DNA of 64,000 bases, taken from the sequence record OQ555404.1. One strand, written 5' to 3'. How positions within the stretch are numbered: position 1 is the stretch's first letter; each line of letters opens with the position of its first letter. The DNA is from Escherichia phage vB_EcoP_HC-25922. The translations under genes were made by a program, and so were the position numbers. This document shows, piece by piece, positions 9,637-20,121 of the stretch. A model generated the notes under the pieces. It did not search any database and was not told the origin of the DNA. It saw nothing but the letters and a program-made list of their open reading frames with translations.

Positions 9637-10440
9637 TTGGCTATCGAAACAACTGCGGTAGTTACTACCGATTTAAACCCCCTATACCCACGGGACAGGG
9701 ATTATCTTTATGAAGGGGCTGCCCAGATACGACTGGTCAAACAAGTATTAATTAACACCTTTCCTAACATCACAGAGCCAGTTCAACTTGACTCAGATTC
9801 TTTCAACATCTTAGCAAACAAGGTTTCCTTTACTGGAGATTCTATGGATGTTGGAGGTTTGATGATCAAAAACTTAACTCCGGGAACTGGTGATAAAGAT
9901 GCTGTAACCAAAGGTCAGATGGAAGCTTTCATGTTAAACTGGATGCAGAATAAACTCTATCGTATTGGGGCTTACTATATCACTGAAGAAGATATCAACC
10001 CCGGAGATTCTAGCTCTCTTGGTTTTGGTTCTTGGGCTAAAGTAACTGGTGTTGTTATGGGTACTGGTGTTGTTAACCCTGATGGCTCTGTTCCTAATGC
10101 TCAGCGTGTAGAGTTCCAAGCAGGTGGTACTGGTGGTCGTGTATTTAACACAATTCGTGCTGACAACATGCCTCTGACTACAATCAATGGTTCTAGTTTT
10201 CAAGTTAGTTCTTATTCTCACTCACATAATATCACAATGGGTCGTGGAGATGCTAGTGGTCACAACAGCAGTCCTAATTGGTATAGTCCGGGTGGTGGTT
10301 ATACTCAGGTAACTGACACTAACACCCACTCTCACTCAATTACAGGTTCTGTTAGTTTTGGACGTGATGATGTATCAAGACAACCTATTAACACTTTGCC
10401 GCCTTTCAGAGCAGCGCATATCTGGAGACGTATTAGCTAA
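9637..10440 (+). CDS. virion protein, possible receptor-binding fiber tip
   Basis: 267 aa with Gly-rich and HxH (SHSHNIT, HSHSITG) motifs; assignment by composition and position. Confidence 0.35.
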   Translation: MAIETTAVVTTDLNPLYPRDRDYLYEGAAQIRLVKQVLINTFPNITEPVQLDSDSFNILANKVSFTGDSMDVGGLMIKNLTPGTGDKDAVTKGQMEAFMLNWMQNKLYRIGAYYITEEDINPGDSSSLGFGSWAKVTGVVMGTGVVNPDGSVPNAQRVEFQAGGTGGRVFNTIRADNMPLTTINGSSFQVSSYSHSHNITMGRGDASGHNSSPNWYSPGGGYTQVTDTNTHSHSITGSVSFGRDDVSRQPINTLPPFRAAHIWRRIS

Positions 10441-10449
10441 GGAGGAATT

Positions 10450-13400
10450 ATGGCGCTTTATCCAATAAAATCTTTAGGGGCTGTAGGGGTTATTGCTGAC
10501 CAAGCTCCGACTGATTTAGCACCTAATGCTTTCACTAATGCTATCAATGCCCGCTTTGTAGAGCAAAGAGTTTTTAAGACGGGGGGCAATGCCCCTCTTT
10601 CTTATGTAGAAGAAGATAAAGAGATTACACCACTTTCTTTTATATCAATGCCTTTTGACTACTACAGTGCAGGTAATAGCTTTCTGATTGTTGGTACAGA
10701 CAAAAAGCTATACAAGCTAACAGATGAAAGTTTGACAGATATTAGCCGAAAGGTTGCTACTGTCACAAAAAGAGCTTCCGCTTCTATTAAGATATATCCA
10801 GTTGTTTCTCAGATTGTTCCTAAAGAAACTTCTATTTCAATGAATTTCAATCAAACTAAAACCTTGGAAGTTTCTATTCTTCCTGAAGATGCTAACAACA
10901 CAGCTTTAGTTTGGGAGGTTAGTAATTCTTCTTATGGTAAAGTAGAAGCTGACACCGAGAACCCTAAAACTGCAACCTTGACGTCTTATGAAAAAGAAGG
11001 GAATTTAGTAGTTACTGTATCAACAGCTGATAAATCTATTAGTGCTCAGATTGCAGTAAACATCATAGACGGTGATTCTGGTATCTTCTTAAGTCAGGAT
11101 ACAATAACTGTCCGTAAAGGTGGTAACACAACGCTAACTGCTGTTACTGGAAAAACTCCTGTAACTTGGGTCTCTAGTAATGCTTCTGTTGTGTCTGTAA
11201 CACCTAATGCTAATACACTGACAGCTACTTTGTCTGCTAATGGTGAGGGTACTGTAACAATAACTGCTGATAACGGAACTAAGAGTGCTTCTTGTCAAAT
11301 TACTGTTATATCTCAGATAGACAGTATCACTCTGAGTCAGACAAGCGTTCAAATGAGCAGGGGTACTCAGTATGTTTTAACTGCTACGGTTAATCCTTCA
11401 GATGCTCCCAATAAAAACATAACTTGGACTTCCTCTAATCCTGCCATTGCCACAGTTTCTGGAAATAGTACAGAAGCGGTAATAACAGGGTTACTAGCTG
11501 GGTTTACTGAAATCACAGCTGTTACTCAAGAGGGTGATAGATCAGCAACCTGTACAGTGAGAGTTGATTTAGCTGGGAGAATGATGCGAACTTCTGCAAT
11601 GGCTTTATCAGAACCTGTTGTAGATTCTATACAAGAAGAAGAAACCAATAATACTCCTATCGAATCAGAAGAGGTTTTGTATTTTGTTAATGAGCCATCT
11701 GGAGTTGATACCTCAGGGATGTATGAAGGTAACAACTTCTATGATTACTCAAACGTCAATGATATGGAAGGTTTTGCACGAGCTGCACTTATGTCCAGCG
11801 ATACTCCGTTGCAATCTTTATCACTAGATATCATCGATGCCTCTCTTGATGTTGGGGAAGATATTGTAATTACAGCCAATGCTTTGCCTGAGGGAGAGTA
11901 TTTATATCAGTGGACAGTGGACAAAGCAGGATATGTTTCAACCACATCTACTACCGGGAAATCTCTAAAACTGACAGCTATTCGTAAAGGTGAGATCAAA
12001 GTTACTTGTACTGCTAGTCAAATGACTCAGAAAGATTATGATGCTTTTGACGACTATCCTTGGTATCACACCATAATCTCTAACTGTGCAGTGGCTACCA
12101 CTCACTATGAAACACCACAGGTCAAAGAATTTGAATCTGAGTATTTCGTAGATCTTCCGGGATGGGGTGAGCAAACAGTCGTTGATAATGATGGCAACCC
12201 TTCTGTTAAGAAATTTAACTGGAAGTGTGAGCGTATTCGTGCATTCAACAACAGACTTTTTGCTCTGAATATGAGGGAATCTAATGCATCTGGTGTAACT
12301 ACTCACTACCCTCTAAGACTTCGGTGGTCGAATTTCGCTAACGAAAACAAAGCTCCATCTCTTTGGGATGATTATGCTTATGATCGTTTAACAACTTCAG
12401 ACCTATCAGCAAACATTGTTGGTCAAACTGAGGCTTTGGAAAATGGGTACGCTGGGTATATAGATTTAGCAGATTCTAACGGAAGCTTGATTGATGTACT
12501 TCCTCTGAAAGATTACCTTTTTGTTTACACGGAGTTCGAAACCTACATTGGTTCTCCAACCAATAACACATATCAGCCTCTTATGTTTAAGAAGCTGTTT
12601 AATGACTCTGGCATACTTGCTCCTGAGTGTGCAGTTGAAGTCGAAGGTGGACACTTCGTAGTAACTCAAAATGATGTGATCTTACACAATGGTGCATCTA
12701 AAAAATCTATAGCATCTAACCGAGTCAAGAATCTTCTCATTAATGAGATCTGTCTAGTAAACCCTCTAGCTACTAGAGTTCACCTACACCAAGACAAGAA
12801 AGAGGTTTGGGTTTTATATGTAGGTCCGGGAGAGCCTAAAGAGAGTTTTGCTTGTAATAAAGCCGCTGTTTGGAATTATGAGTTTGACACTTGGTCTTTC
12901 CGTACAATACCATATGCTCAGTGTATTGGGTTAGTCGATCCACCAGTTCTTGAGAGAGGTCCAATCTGGGCAGATTTTCAAGAGATCACTTGGGATAATC
13001 CCTCTATTAACCAATTAGTCTGGAGAAAGGATGCTAATAACTTCCGTCAAAGGATTACAATAGTTGGCTCTTTCCTGAAGGGATTCTATCAAGTGGATGT
13101 TGGTGCTCTGGACTACATCTATGACAGAACCAATGATAGGATTATAGAAAAACCTTTAGAAATGAGGCTAGAAAGAACTGGTATTGATTTTGATAGTGTC
13201 ACTAACGAGTGGAATCAAAAACATATTAATAGATTTAGACCTCAAGTCACTGGTACGGGTACTTATACTTTTGAAGTCGGTGGAAGTCAATTCTCAAACG
13301 AGTATGGACACAATCACTCAACTAAAGAGTTTAGGGTAGGCTCAGATCGTCATGTATCCGTGAGACTGAACCATCCATACCTATTCTATAATGTTATAGA

Positions 13401-13470
13401 TAATGATGTTAACAGTAATGCTTCTATGAATGGTTTAACCATAGAGTTTAGTGTTGGCGGTCGAAGATAA
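10450..13470 (+). CDS. large virion protein with bacterial Ig-like (Big_2-type) domains
   Basis: 1006 aa; several about 80-aa repeats resembling Ig-like group 2 domains (e.g. VTPNANTLTATLSANGEGTVTITADNG). Confidence 0.45.
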   Translation: MALYPIKSLGAVGVIADQAPTDLAPNAFTNAINARFVEQRVFKTGGNAPLSYVEEDKEITPLSFISMPFDYYSAGNSFLIVGTDKKLYKLTDESLTDISRKVATVTKRASASIKIYPVVSQIVPKETSISMNFNQTKTLEVSILPEDANNTALVWEVSNSSYGKVEADTENPKTATLTSYEKEGNLVVTVSTADKSISAQIAVNIIDGDSGIFLSQDTITVRKGGNTTLTAVTGKTPVTWVSSNASVVSVTPNANTLTATLSANGEGTVTITADNGTKSASCQITVISQIDSITLSQTSVQMSRGTQYVLTATVNPSDAPNKNITWTSSNPAIATVSGNSTEAVITGLLAGFTEITAVTQEGDRSATCTVRVDLAGRMMRTSAMALSEPVVDSIQEEETNNTPIESEEVLYFVNEPSGVDTSGMYEGNNFYDYSNVNDMEGFARAALMSSDTPLQSLSLDIIDASLDVGEDIVITANALPEGEYLYQWTVDKAGYVSTTSTTGKSLKLTAIRKGEIKVTCTASQMTQKDYDAFDDYPWYHTIISNCAVATTHYETPQVKEFESEYFVDLPGWGEQTVVDNDGNPSVKKFNWKCERIRAFNNRLFALNMRESNASGVTTHYPLRLRWSNFANENKAPSLWDDYAYDRLTTSDLSANIVGQTEALENGYAGYIDLADSNGSLIDVLPLKDYLFVYTEFETYIGSPTNNTYQPLMFKKLFNDSGILAPECAVEVEGGHFVVTQNDVILHNGASKKSIASNRVKNLLINEICLVNPLATRVHLHQDKKEVWVLYVGPGEPKESFACNKAAVWNYEFDTWSFRTIPYAQCIGLVDPPVLERGPIWADFQEITWDNPSINQLVWRKDANNFRQRITIVGSFLKGFYQVDVGALDYIYDRTNDRIIEKPLEMRLERTGIDFDSVTNEWNQKHINRFRPQVTGTGTYTFEVGGSQFSNEYGHNHSTKEFRVGSDRHVSVRLNHPYLFYNVIDNDVNSNASMNGLTIEFSVGGRR

Positions 13471-13476
13471 CAAATA

Positions 13477-13504
13477 GGGGCTTCGGCCCCTTTTATTGTT
13501 TTTA
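13477..13504 (+). terminator. rho-independent terminator
   Basis: GGGGC-TTCG-GCCCC followed by TTTTATTGTTTTT. Confidence 0.6.
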
Positions 13505-13505
13505 A

Positions 13506-14486
13506 TTGGAGGTACTTATGGGTGCTGGAGGTTTTCGAAAGAATACTGGTAGAAACAACACCACACTTCCGTACAATGTTGGTTTTCTAAACAATGTGCA
13601 GGATACAGAAACTTACAACGTTGCCGTCTATGATGAACTACAAAAAGTTAGTACAGCAACTAATCAGATGTTTCAAGCTATTGATGAAATACATGAAGAA
13701 ATTGATGTTAGGATTAAAGCTCTTAATGCAATGAATCTTCAATTTGATGAACTTGAAAACAGAATTACTACAGAGATCGAAACAGCTATTGCTGATATTC
13801 AAACACAGATGGGCAATCTGTCCACTGAAGATATTTGGGATAATTCAGTACAACCGCCAGTTAAGCTAGAAAGTTCTATGGCAGGGTTTAAAACTTCTAT
13901 AGAAGGTAATGAGGTTAAGATACAATCTGTTGAGGGAATCGTAAACCAGCAGGGAGAGGAAATTGGCTTAGTTCAAACAGAGATCTCCAACATTAACAGC
14001 AGTCTATCTTCTTATATGAAGCTATCTGACTACGAGGCTACGTGGGGGGTTAACTCAAATGTCAACGGTAGGTATGCTGGTGTCAAGTTAACTAACAACG
14101 GAACAAACAGTCAATTCCAAGTAACAGCTAACAAATTTATTGTTGGTGATGGCAGCTCTGGTAACACACCTTTTGTGTTTGAGGGTGGTAGGGCTAGAAT
14201 GGAGTTCGCTGACATAAAGAACGTCAACATCACAACTGCTCAGATTGCCAACGCTAGGATCCAATGGGCACAGATTGATAACGTATCTATCTCCAATGCT
14301 CAGATTCAGAATTTATCAGCGGATAAAATCACTGCTGGTTCTATGTGGGGTTCTAACTGGAGACTTACTGTTGGTGGTGATTTTGTTATGGGTGGTACAG
14401 GTGGTTCTCAGTTGTGGATGAATGGTAATAGAATAGATTTTTATGATGGGAGTGGAACTCTTCGCATAAGAATAGGGAGTTGGTAA
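13506..14486 (+). CDS. virion protein (coiled-coil N-terminus, beta-rich C-terminus)
   Basis: 326 aa ORF within structural module. Confidence 0.4.
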   Translation: MEVLMGAGGFRKNTGRNNTTLPYNVGFLNNVQDTETYNVAVYDELQKVSTATNQMFQAIDEIHEEIDVRIKALNAMNLQFDELENRITTEIETAIADIQTQMGNLSTEDIWDNSVQPPVKLESSMAGFKTSIEGNEVKIQSVEGIVNQQGEEIGLVQTEISNINSSLSSYMKLSDYEATWGVNSNVNGRYAGVKLTNNGTNSQFQVTANKFIVGDGSSGNTPFVFEGGRARMEFADIKNVNITTAQIANARIQWAQIDNVSISNAQIQNLSADKITAGSMWGSNWRLTVGGDFVMGGTGGSQLWMNGNRIDFYDGSGTLRIRIGSW

Positions 14487-14487
14487 C

Positions 14488-15522
14488 ATGGCATATGGAA
14501 TATGGACACGCCCGGTTGGTCCGGGTCCAGCGGCCCCTGCTGATATTTATATTGATAGTGGTAGCACATTCCCTCAACTCAGAAATAGGGTCAGTGGGAA
14601 TTTCTCTTTTAGTGGAAATACCTGTGACTTGCCTATAAGTGGTTGGGATGGTAGTGGTCAGATAGTTATAGTTCCAACAGGGTCTGTTGTTTGGGAGAGA
14701 TACATACCTCCCAATTTAACATCTGATGTATATTGGATAACTGACATATCTGTTATTAATAACTCAACCTTCAGAGTTACTATGGACTATAATGTAAACG
14801 GTTGGATATTTGATATGGCTTTTAATGTGTATCAAATATGGCCTAGAGCTAATAGGAACTATGGAATCACATTCTCCAACTCTGCTGACTATTTCTCAAT
14901 CTCTGATTCTGGAGTTGTTGGTCAATGTATTTGGGCTTGGGAAGGTGACATAAATGGTTCTCTTCAAATACCAGATATTGGTGGTTTTGATATGAGCCGA
15001 GCAACTGTCTACGCAAATTGGAGTAACGGAGGAGCAGGGCTTCTATACAATCCATCCAATAGGGTTGTTTATGTGTACCAGAACAGGTCTCATGATAATG
15101 GTAACACAAACCAAACAGGATCCATTGGCGGTGTTAGAATTGCCGTCTTCTGTGATGGTTCTGGAGTACCGACTCATAATGGAGGTTTAAATATCTTTTC
15201 TCCAAATGGGTCTCAGTGTGTATTTTCTACATATAGAACCCCTTTTAGTGTTGAGGGATTTATGCCTATGAGTGGTGGTAACACATCTCTGGCCTATCCA
15301 ATGATACCACTATCTTACGGAGCCGGAGCAATAAGAGGCAGGACTAGTGGTTGGTATTTTCAACACACAAGATCTCACATGATGAATGGCTCTTCTTTCA
15401 GCACAGGTTTCGGTAGGATGATTTACTCTTGGAGTGACCAATACGATTTAGGAGGAGGTGGTGCTCTCGGATTAAGCATTCCGATATTAGATGCTAGGAA
15501 AATATTCAGGAGTATACAATAA
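14488..15522 (+). CDS. virion protein
   Basis: 344 aa ORF starting 2 nt after the upstream stop. Confidence 0.4.
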   Translation: MAYGIWTRPVGPGPAAPADIYIDSGSTFPQLRNRVSGNFSFSGNTCDLPISGWDGSGQIVIVPTGSVVWERYIPPNLTSDVYWITDISVINNSTFRVTMDYNVNGWIFDMAFNVYQIWPRANRNYGITFSNSADYFSISDSGVVGQCIWAWEGDINGSLQIPDIGGFDMSRATVYANWSNGGAGLLYNPSNRVVYVYQNRSHDNGNTNQTGSIGGVRIAVFCDGSGVPTHNGGLNIFSPNGSQCVFSTYRTPFSVEGFMPMSGGNTSLAYPMIPLSYGAGAIRGRTSGWYFQHTRSHMMNGSSFSTGFGRMIYSWSDQYDLGGGGALGLSIPILDARKIFRSIQ

Positions 15523-15531
15523 GGAGTTATT

Positions 15532-16329
15532 ATGTCAATTAGAATGGGTATTGAAGAACTAGACCCAATGGTTCAACAGGCTTCAAAGAAGTATGGGATT
15601 CCTGCTGCTTTGATTCATGCTGTAATCCAAAGAGAGTCTAGTGGTCGTCCTACAGTGGCTTCTGGAACTGGTCCTGTAGGTTTAATGCAGATTAGTAAAG
15701 GGTTGGCTAAAGATTACGGTTACAAACTTGAAGATAGGTTAGACCCTGCAAAGAATATTGACATGGGTGCTAGATATTTAAGAGATAACCTGAAAGCTTT
15801 TGACGGTGATGTGAGGAAGGCTTTGGTGGGGTATTCAGAAGGGACTGGTGGTGCTAAGCAAATGTTTGCTGGTAAGAAAGGGTTTACACCTCAAGCTTTA
15901 GATTCAATGAATAATAAGCTGTTCCTACCATTCTTTGATAAGAATACAGCAGCGGCACAAGTGGCTAATCCTGTAGGTGCTTTGAAAGCAGTACAGCCTG
16001 TGGACCAGTTTGATTCTAATACGCTGACTAGAGAAGGTGCTGCAAACGCTCCTACTCAAGCAGAGATAGCTGCAAGCAAGGCTGGAGCTTTAGGTGGTCG
16101 TCCTGTAGAGTTTTACTCTGATGAACAATCTACTGGGGAAAATCAAAAACCTCAACAGAACTTTGGAAATGCTGTATTGGCAGCTGCTTCTATGCTTGCA
16201 GGAAAACAGCCTAACTCTCAAACCGTACAGAGAGCACATGCCCCTACTCAAGCAGGTTCTCGATATAGTCCACAAACACAAGCCGTGCTGAGACGTTTGT
16301 CTAGCATAGGTACTGATATTTACAGATAA
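15532..16329 (+). CDS. internal virion protein with lytic transglycosylase (SLT) domain
   Basis: AVIQRESSGRP...SGTGPVGLMQI matches the SLT catalytic ES and GLMQ motifs. Confidence 0.7.
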   Translation: MSIRMGIEELDPMVQQASKKYGIPAALIHAVIQRESSGRPTVASGTGPVGLMQISKGLAKDYGYKLEDRLDPAKNIDMGARYLRDNLKAFDGDVRKALVGYSEGTGGAKQMFAGKKGFTPQALDSMNNKLFLPFFDKNTAAAQVANPVGALKAVQPVDQFDSNTLTREGAANAPTQAEIAASKAGALGGRPVEFYSDEQSTGENQKPQQNFGNAVLAAASMLAGKQPNSQTVQRAHAPTQAGSRYSPQTQAVLRRLSSIGTDIYR

Positions 16330-16338
16330 GGAGGACGT

Positions 16339-17391
16339 ATGTCTCTTTTCGGTTCTGCTCCTAAATCTAAGACTACGGTAGCTCCGTCTTCTCAGGTTGA
16401 TGCTCTTCTGAAACAGATTGTAGCAAATGCTCAGGCTATGAATCAAAACGATCAAGGTTTTATTAATCGTAACATAGCAGGTTTTAATGAAAATCAAACA
16501 GCAGCTCTTTCTAATTTAGCAAATTCTAACACACTCAACCAACTCAGTCAGATGTACACCCCTAGAACTCAACAAGGGTTGGACCAGATGAATGAGTTGG
16601 CTCAGAAATATCAAAACCTAGTTAATAAGGGTGGTATCTCCGCTCAAGATGTTAATAATTTTAGCTCTGGACTGAATAACTCTGCATTAGCTAAATCCAC
16701 AGGTAAAGCTGCTGCTAATGTGTCTCTTGGTAATGGCTCTGATTCAGGTTCTCTGAGACGTGCTGCTGCTCAAGGTGCTGCTCTTTCTTCAGCGAATACA
16801 AATCTTTCTCGTTCTATTCAAGGTAAGAATATGGGTGTTAACACTCTTCTGAATAACAACTCCTATCAGCAAGGTTTGCTCAATGCTCAGTCTGGTTTAG
16901 CAAATCAGAACCTGAATCTAGGAGCTGCTGGGGTACAAGCTGGTCAACAGGCAATACATAATCAGCTCACTGCTGGAAACCTTCAACAGCAGCAAGATCA
17001 ACTCCAAGCTAACAACAATTGGGAGAATGCTATTGGCAGTCAGCAGTATGGTTGGAATCAGCTTAACAATCAGCTTAATGTATTAAACTCAGTAAGTCCA
17101 ATGGCTGGGTACACTATTACTAATAGAGGTGCTGCCCCTAATGCTTCACAACAAATCCTTGGTGCTGGGGTTACTGGTCTTGGTATTGCTGGTCGTCTAG
17201 GTGCTTTTACCCCTAATCAGCAAACTACTAATGCTTGGAACTCATACAATGCTTCTGGAGGTCAAGCTGGGATGGCTGGTCCTATGATTGGCGGCTCAAA
17301 CCTGTCTCAACAGAATGGTCAGAGCAACTGGTTATCTACCGCAGGAAGTAATATCTTAGGTGGTGTTCTAGGAGCCTTTGGAGCAAATTAA
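16339..17391 (+). CDS. Q/N/G/S-rich low-complexity internal virion protein
   Basis: 350 aa; paralogous to the next gene. Confidence 0.45.
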   Translation: MSLFGSAPKSKTTVAPSSQVDALLKQIVANAQAMNQNDQGFINRNIAGFNENQTAALSNLANSNTLNQLSQMYTPRTQQGLDQMNELAQKYQNLVNKGGISAQDVNNFSSGLNNSALAKSTGKAAANVSLGNGSDSGSLRRAAAQGAALSSANTNLSRSIQGKNMGVNTLLNNNSYQQGLLNAQSGLANQNLNLGAAGVQAGQQAIHNQLTAGNLQQQQDQLQANNNWENAIGSQQYGWNQLNNQLNVLNSVSPMAGYTITNRGAAPNASQQILGAGVTGLGIAGRLGAFTPNQQTTNAWNSYNASGGQAGMAGPMIGGSNLSQQNGQSNWLSTAGSNILGGVLGAFGAN

Positions 17392-17400
17392 GGAGGAGCT

Positions 17401-18369
17401 ATGGCTTTATTCGGTGGTGGGAGTAGCAAGACTACTTCTAAAATGACAAGACCTGACTACATTCAGTCCTATATTGATCAGTTGGTCAATCAGGTTAATA
17501 ACACTAGTTCAGGCGATTATGTGTATCGAGAAAATGTTGGACTTAATCAAAACCAGCAAGAAGCTCTGAATAATCTATCACAATCTGGTGCATTAGGTGC
17601 ACTTTCTTCTCAGTATATGGATGCTGCTCAATCTGGCTTAGGTTATCTAGATAATGCATACTCTGGATATAACAACCTGTCTAACTCTGGTCAAATCACT
17701 GGGGAACAGATTGGTGCTCTTGCAGGCCAGCTCTATGACGATGAGGCTGTGCAAGCAGCTATTGCAGCGAATAATGAACAAACCCAACAGAGTTTGGCTA
17801 GGAATGCACTTCCTCAAATCTCTCAGCAGTTTGCTGGTCAGCAAGGTTCTGGTGCACGTATGGCTAAATCTTTTGCTCAGGGTGATGCTCTGAACCAGAT
17901 GCAGAACACAGCAACCAATATTACTAATAGTGCTTATGACTCCGCTCTAACTCAAGCACAGAACATTCTTTCTGGTAATAGACAAACACAAGCATCTGCT
18001 TTAGGTGGTTTATCTAACATTGGCTCCAATCTTGCTAATCTAGGAAACCAAGCTGGTCAGTTATCACAACAGCAAATGATGAATCAGTGGAATGCAGGAC
18101 TGCAACAGCAGCAACAACAGCAGTCTGATTTGAACAATGCTTATGAGAATGCTCAGAATGCCGCTAATTGGGGTTGGCAGGATATTAACAATCAACTAGG
18201 TGCTGCCGGGGTTCTTAATGGAGCTTTAGGGACAACCACAACTACTAAAACATCTGGTGGTAGTGGAGGCTTCCTAGGTGGTGCTGCTAGCGGTGCTGCT
18301 GCTGGTTCAGCTTTTGGCCCTTGGGGTGCTTTAGCTGGCGGTGTTATCGGTGGATTAGCTAGCTCTTAA
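17401..18369 (+). CDS. Q/N/G/S-rich low-complexity internal virion protein (paralog)
   Basis: 322 aa; shares M.LFG...KTT and GLNQNQQEALNNLSQS-type N-terminal motifs with 16339-17391. Confidence 0.45.
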   Translation: MALFGGGSSKTTSKMTRPDYIQSYIDQLVNQVNNTSSGDYVYRENVGLNQNQQEALNNLSQSGALGALSSQYMDAAQSGLGYLDNAYSGYNNLSNSGQITGEQIGALAGQLYDDEAVQAAIAANNEQTQQSLARNALPQISQQFAGQQGSGARMAKSFAQGDALNQMQNTATNITNSAYDSALTQAQNILSGNRQTQASALGGLSNIGSNLANLGNQAGQLSQQQMMNQWNAGLQQQQQQQSDLNNAYENAQNAANWGWQDINNQLGAAGVLNGALGTTTTTKTSGGSGGFLGGAASGAAAGSAFGPWGALAGGVIGGLASS

Positions 18370-18383
18370 TTAGGAGAATAATT

Positions 18384-20051
18384 ATGCAACAAACTTCTTA
18401 TGCGTATCTTCGCAGTCAAGACCCAAGAAATCAGATTTATGGTGTTAAACAAGGGGCCGCTTCGGCCTCTCCATACATGGCAAGACCTGCTTATCCAGCT
18501 GCTGATGTTTCTATGTATAACCGGAGACCTCCTGCTTCTCCTGTAGGTTTGTCTTCTCTTGTTGCCAATGCTCAAGAAGACCAAGAAGCTATGTTAAATC
18601 CGGGATTTAGACAGCGCCTTATGGAAGCAGAGAATCAAGGAACTCCTACAAGCCTTCAGGGTATTGATATTGGTGAACCAGCTCCTGCTATGAATAACCC
18701 AGATCTATCCTCTGATGAGGGTCTACAAGCTGCTGGGTTGATGCCTAGTGACCCACTTCCTGTTACTCCTCCTCGTAAACCTCTGGAAGAAACAGATAAA
18801 GAGTTCTCTCCAGTTCAGGTGGAACAGGCTCAGAATGTTATTAACACTTTAGCTAATAGTAATCCAGCTCCTGAAGGTATGGCTGGTGCAACTCGTGCTA
18901 AAGACCAAGAACGTATTAATAATGATATTATGGAAGTAGCTAAAGCTAAAGACCCAGCACAAGCTTGGAATGAGCTTCAGAAGCAACCGTTCTATCAGAA
19001 GTCTAGTTTCTACACTGGCTTAATGGGTGTTGGTCTTTCTATCATGTCAGGTAAATCCCCTATTGAAGCTTTCCAGATTGGTTCTGGCTTAGCTGCTCAG
19101 GATGAAACTAAACAACAACTAGAAGCCAATCGCGATGCTCTGTTAGAACAAGGCTATTCTCAAGATTCAGTTGCTGCTGCAATTGCTTCGGGAGATCCTT
19201 CCCTTCTCAAAATGCGTCAGATTAGTCCTCAGGAGAAGATGGCTCTTGCTGCTCAGGATGAAGAACGTGCTAATCGTGAGTGGGATAGACGTCAACAGAT
19301 TCAGGATCAATCAGTTCGTGAACGTGCTGCTGAGACTCGTCGTGCTGCTGAAGAACGTGCTGATGCACAATTTGCTAAACAGAAAGAGCTTATTGAATAT
19401 CGTGATAAGGTTAAAGCAGACCGCGCTGAACAAGCTGCTCAGAGCTTCAACTTCAGTACGAAAGAGCTTCGTAACGTTCAGAATACTGCTGAAGGTTCTG
19501 TTGCTAAGCAGTGGGCAGAAAAAGCTGCTCTGTTTAAACAGTCTCATAAGGACTTGGATTTGGCAGATCAGGCTATTAAAGATAAAGACTACCAATCCGC
19601 TCGTACCGCTTACATGCAGGCTATTATGAACTCCGCAAGGGCAGAAATTGGTGCTAACCGCTCTCTCCAAGCTGATGACTTGGCCCACTTTGCAGAAGAT
19701 CCATCAATCTTTGTTAAGGTTGGTAATACTTGGTCACTTAAAGCAGGCTATCGTCCTTCTGATGCTGCTCTGTCATACGCTCGTAAGCAGGCAACTGTTG
19801 GTGCTTCTTCGGCTGACAAAGGTGTTCTGGAGTCTAAGAAATCAACTATTGATGCTTATGTGGGTTCTGGCATGAACAAGAAACGTGCAACAGCTTTGGT
19901 TAACCGTGGTATACCTTCTGGCGGTTTCTATGACCCATACAAGACTTTTGATGCAGAAGCTGAAGAATCTGTTGGTGGAGATGCTACAAATCCTCGATTA
20001 GCAGGTGCTCTTTCTTCTTCAGCGGCAGATACGAGTTGGATGTTCCAGTAA
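18384..20051 (+). CDS. internal virion protein
   Basis: 555 aa ORF with RBS, in structural module. Confidence 0.45.
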   Translation: MQQTSYAYLRSQDPRNQIYGVKQGAASASPYMARPAYPAADVSMYNRRPPASPVGLSSLVANAQEDQEAMLNPGFRQRLMEAENQGTPTSLQGIDIGEPAPAMNNPDLSSDEGLQAAGLMPSDPLPVTPPRKPLEETDKEFSPVQVEQAQNVINTLANSNPAPEGMAGATRAKDQERINNDIMEVAKAKDPAQAWNELQKQPFYQKSSFYTGLMGVGLSIMSGKSPIEAFQIGSGLAAQDETKQQLEANRDALLEQGYSQDSVAAAIASGDPSLLKMRQISPQEKMALAAQDEERANREWDRRQQIQDQSVRERAAETRRAAEERADAQFAKQKELIEYRDKVKADRAEQAAQSFNFSTKELRNVQNTAEGSVAKQWAEKAALFKQSHKDLDLADQAIKDKDYQSARTAYMQAIMNSARAEIGANRSLQADDLAHFAEDPSIFVKVGNTWSLKAGYRPSDAALSYARKQATVGASSADKGVLESKKSTIDAYVGSGMNKKRATALVNRGIPSGGFYDPYKTFDAEAEESVGGDATNPRLAGALSSSAADTSWMFQ

Positions 20052-20076
20052 TCTAAGACCTAAGTCCTATCTCTTA

Positions 20077-20085
20077 TAATGTATA
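20077..20085 (+). promoter_or_regulatory. TAATGTATA promoter-like motif
   Basis: exact 9-mer 36 nt upstream of the ATG at 20122. Confidence 0.45.
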
Positions 20086-20121
20086 TAGGAGGTAGGACAT
20101 TTTTATTTATAAGGAGACGTT

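Noticed and set aside
19171-19629. Leucine-rich plus-strand ORF in an alternative frame of gene 18384-20051
   Set aside because: Fully embedded in a longer ORF with RBS; composition typical of an out-of-frame artifact.
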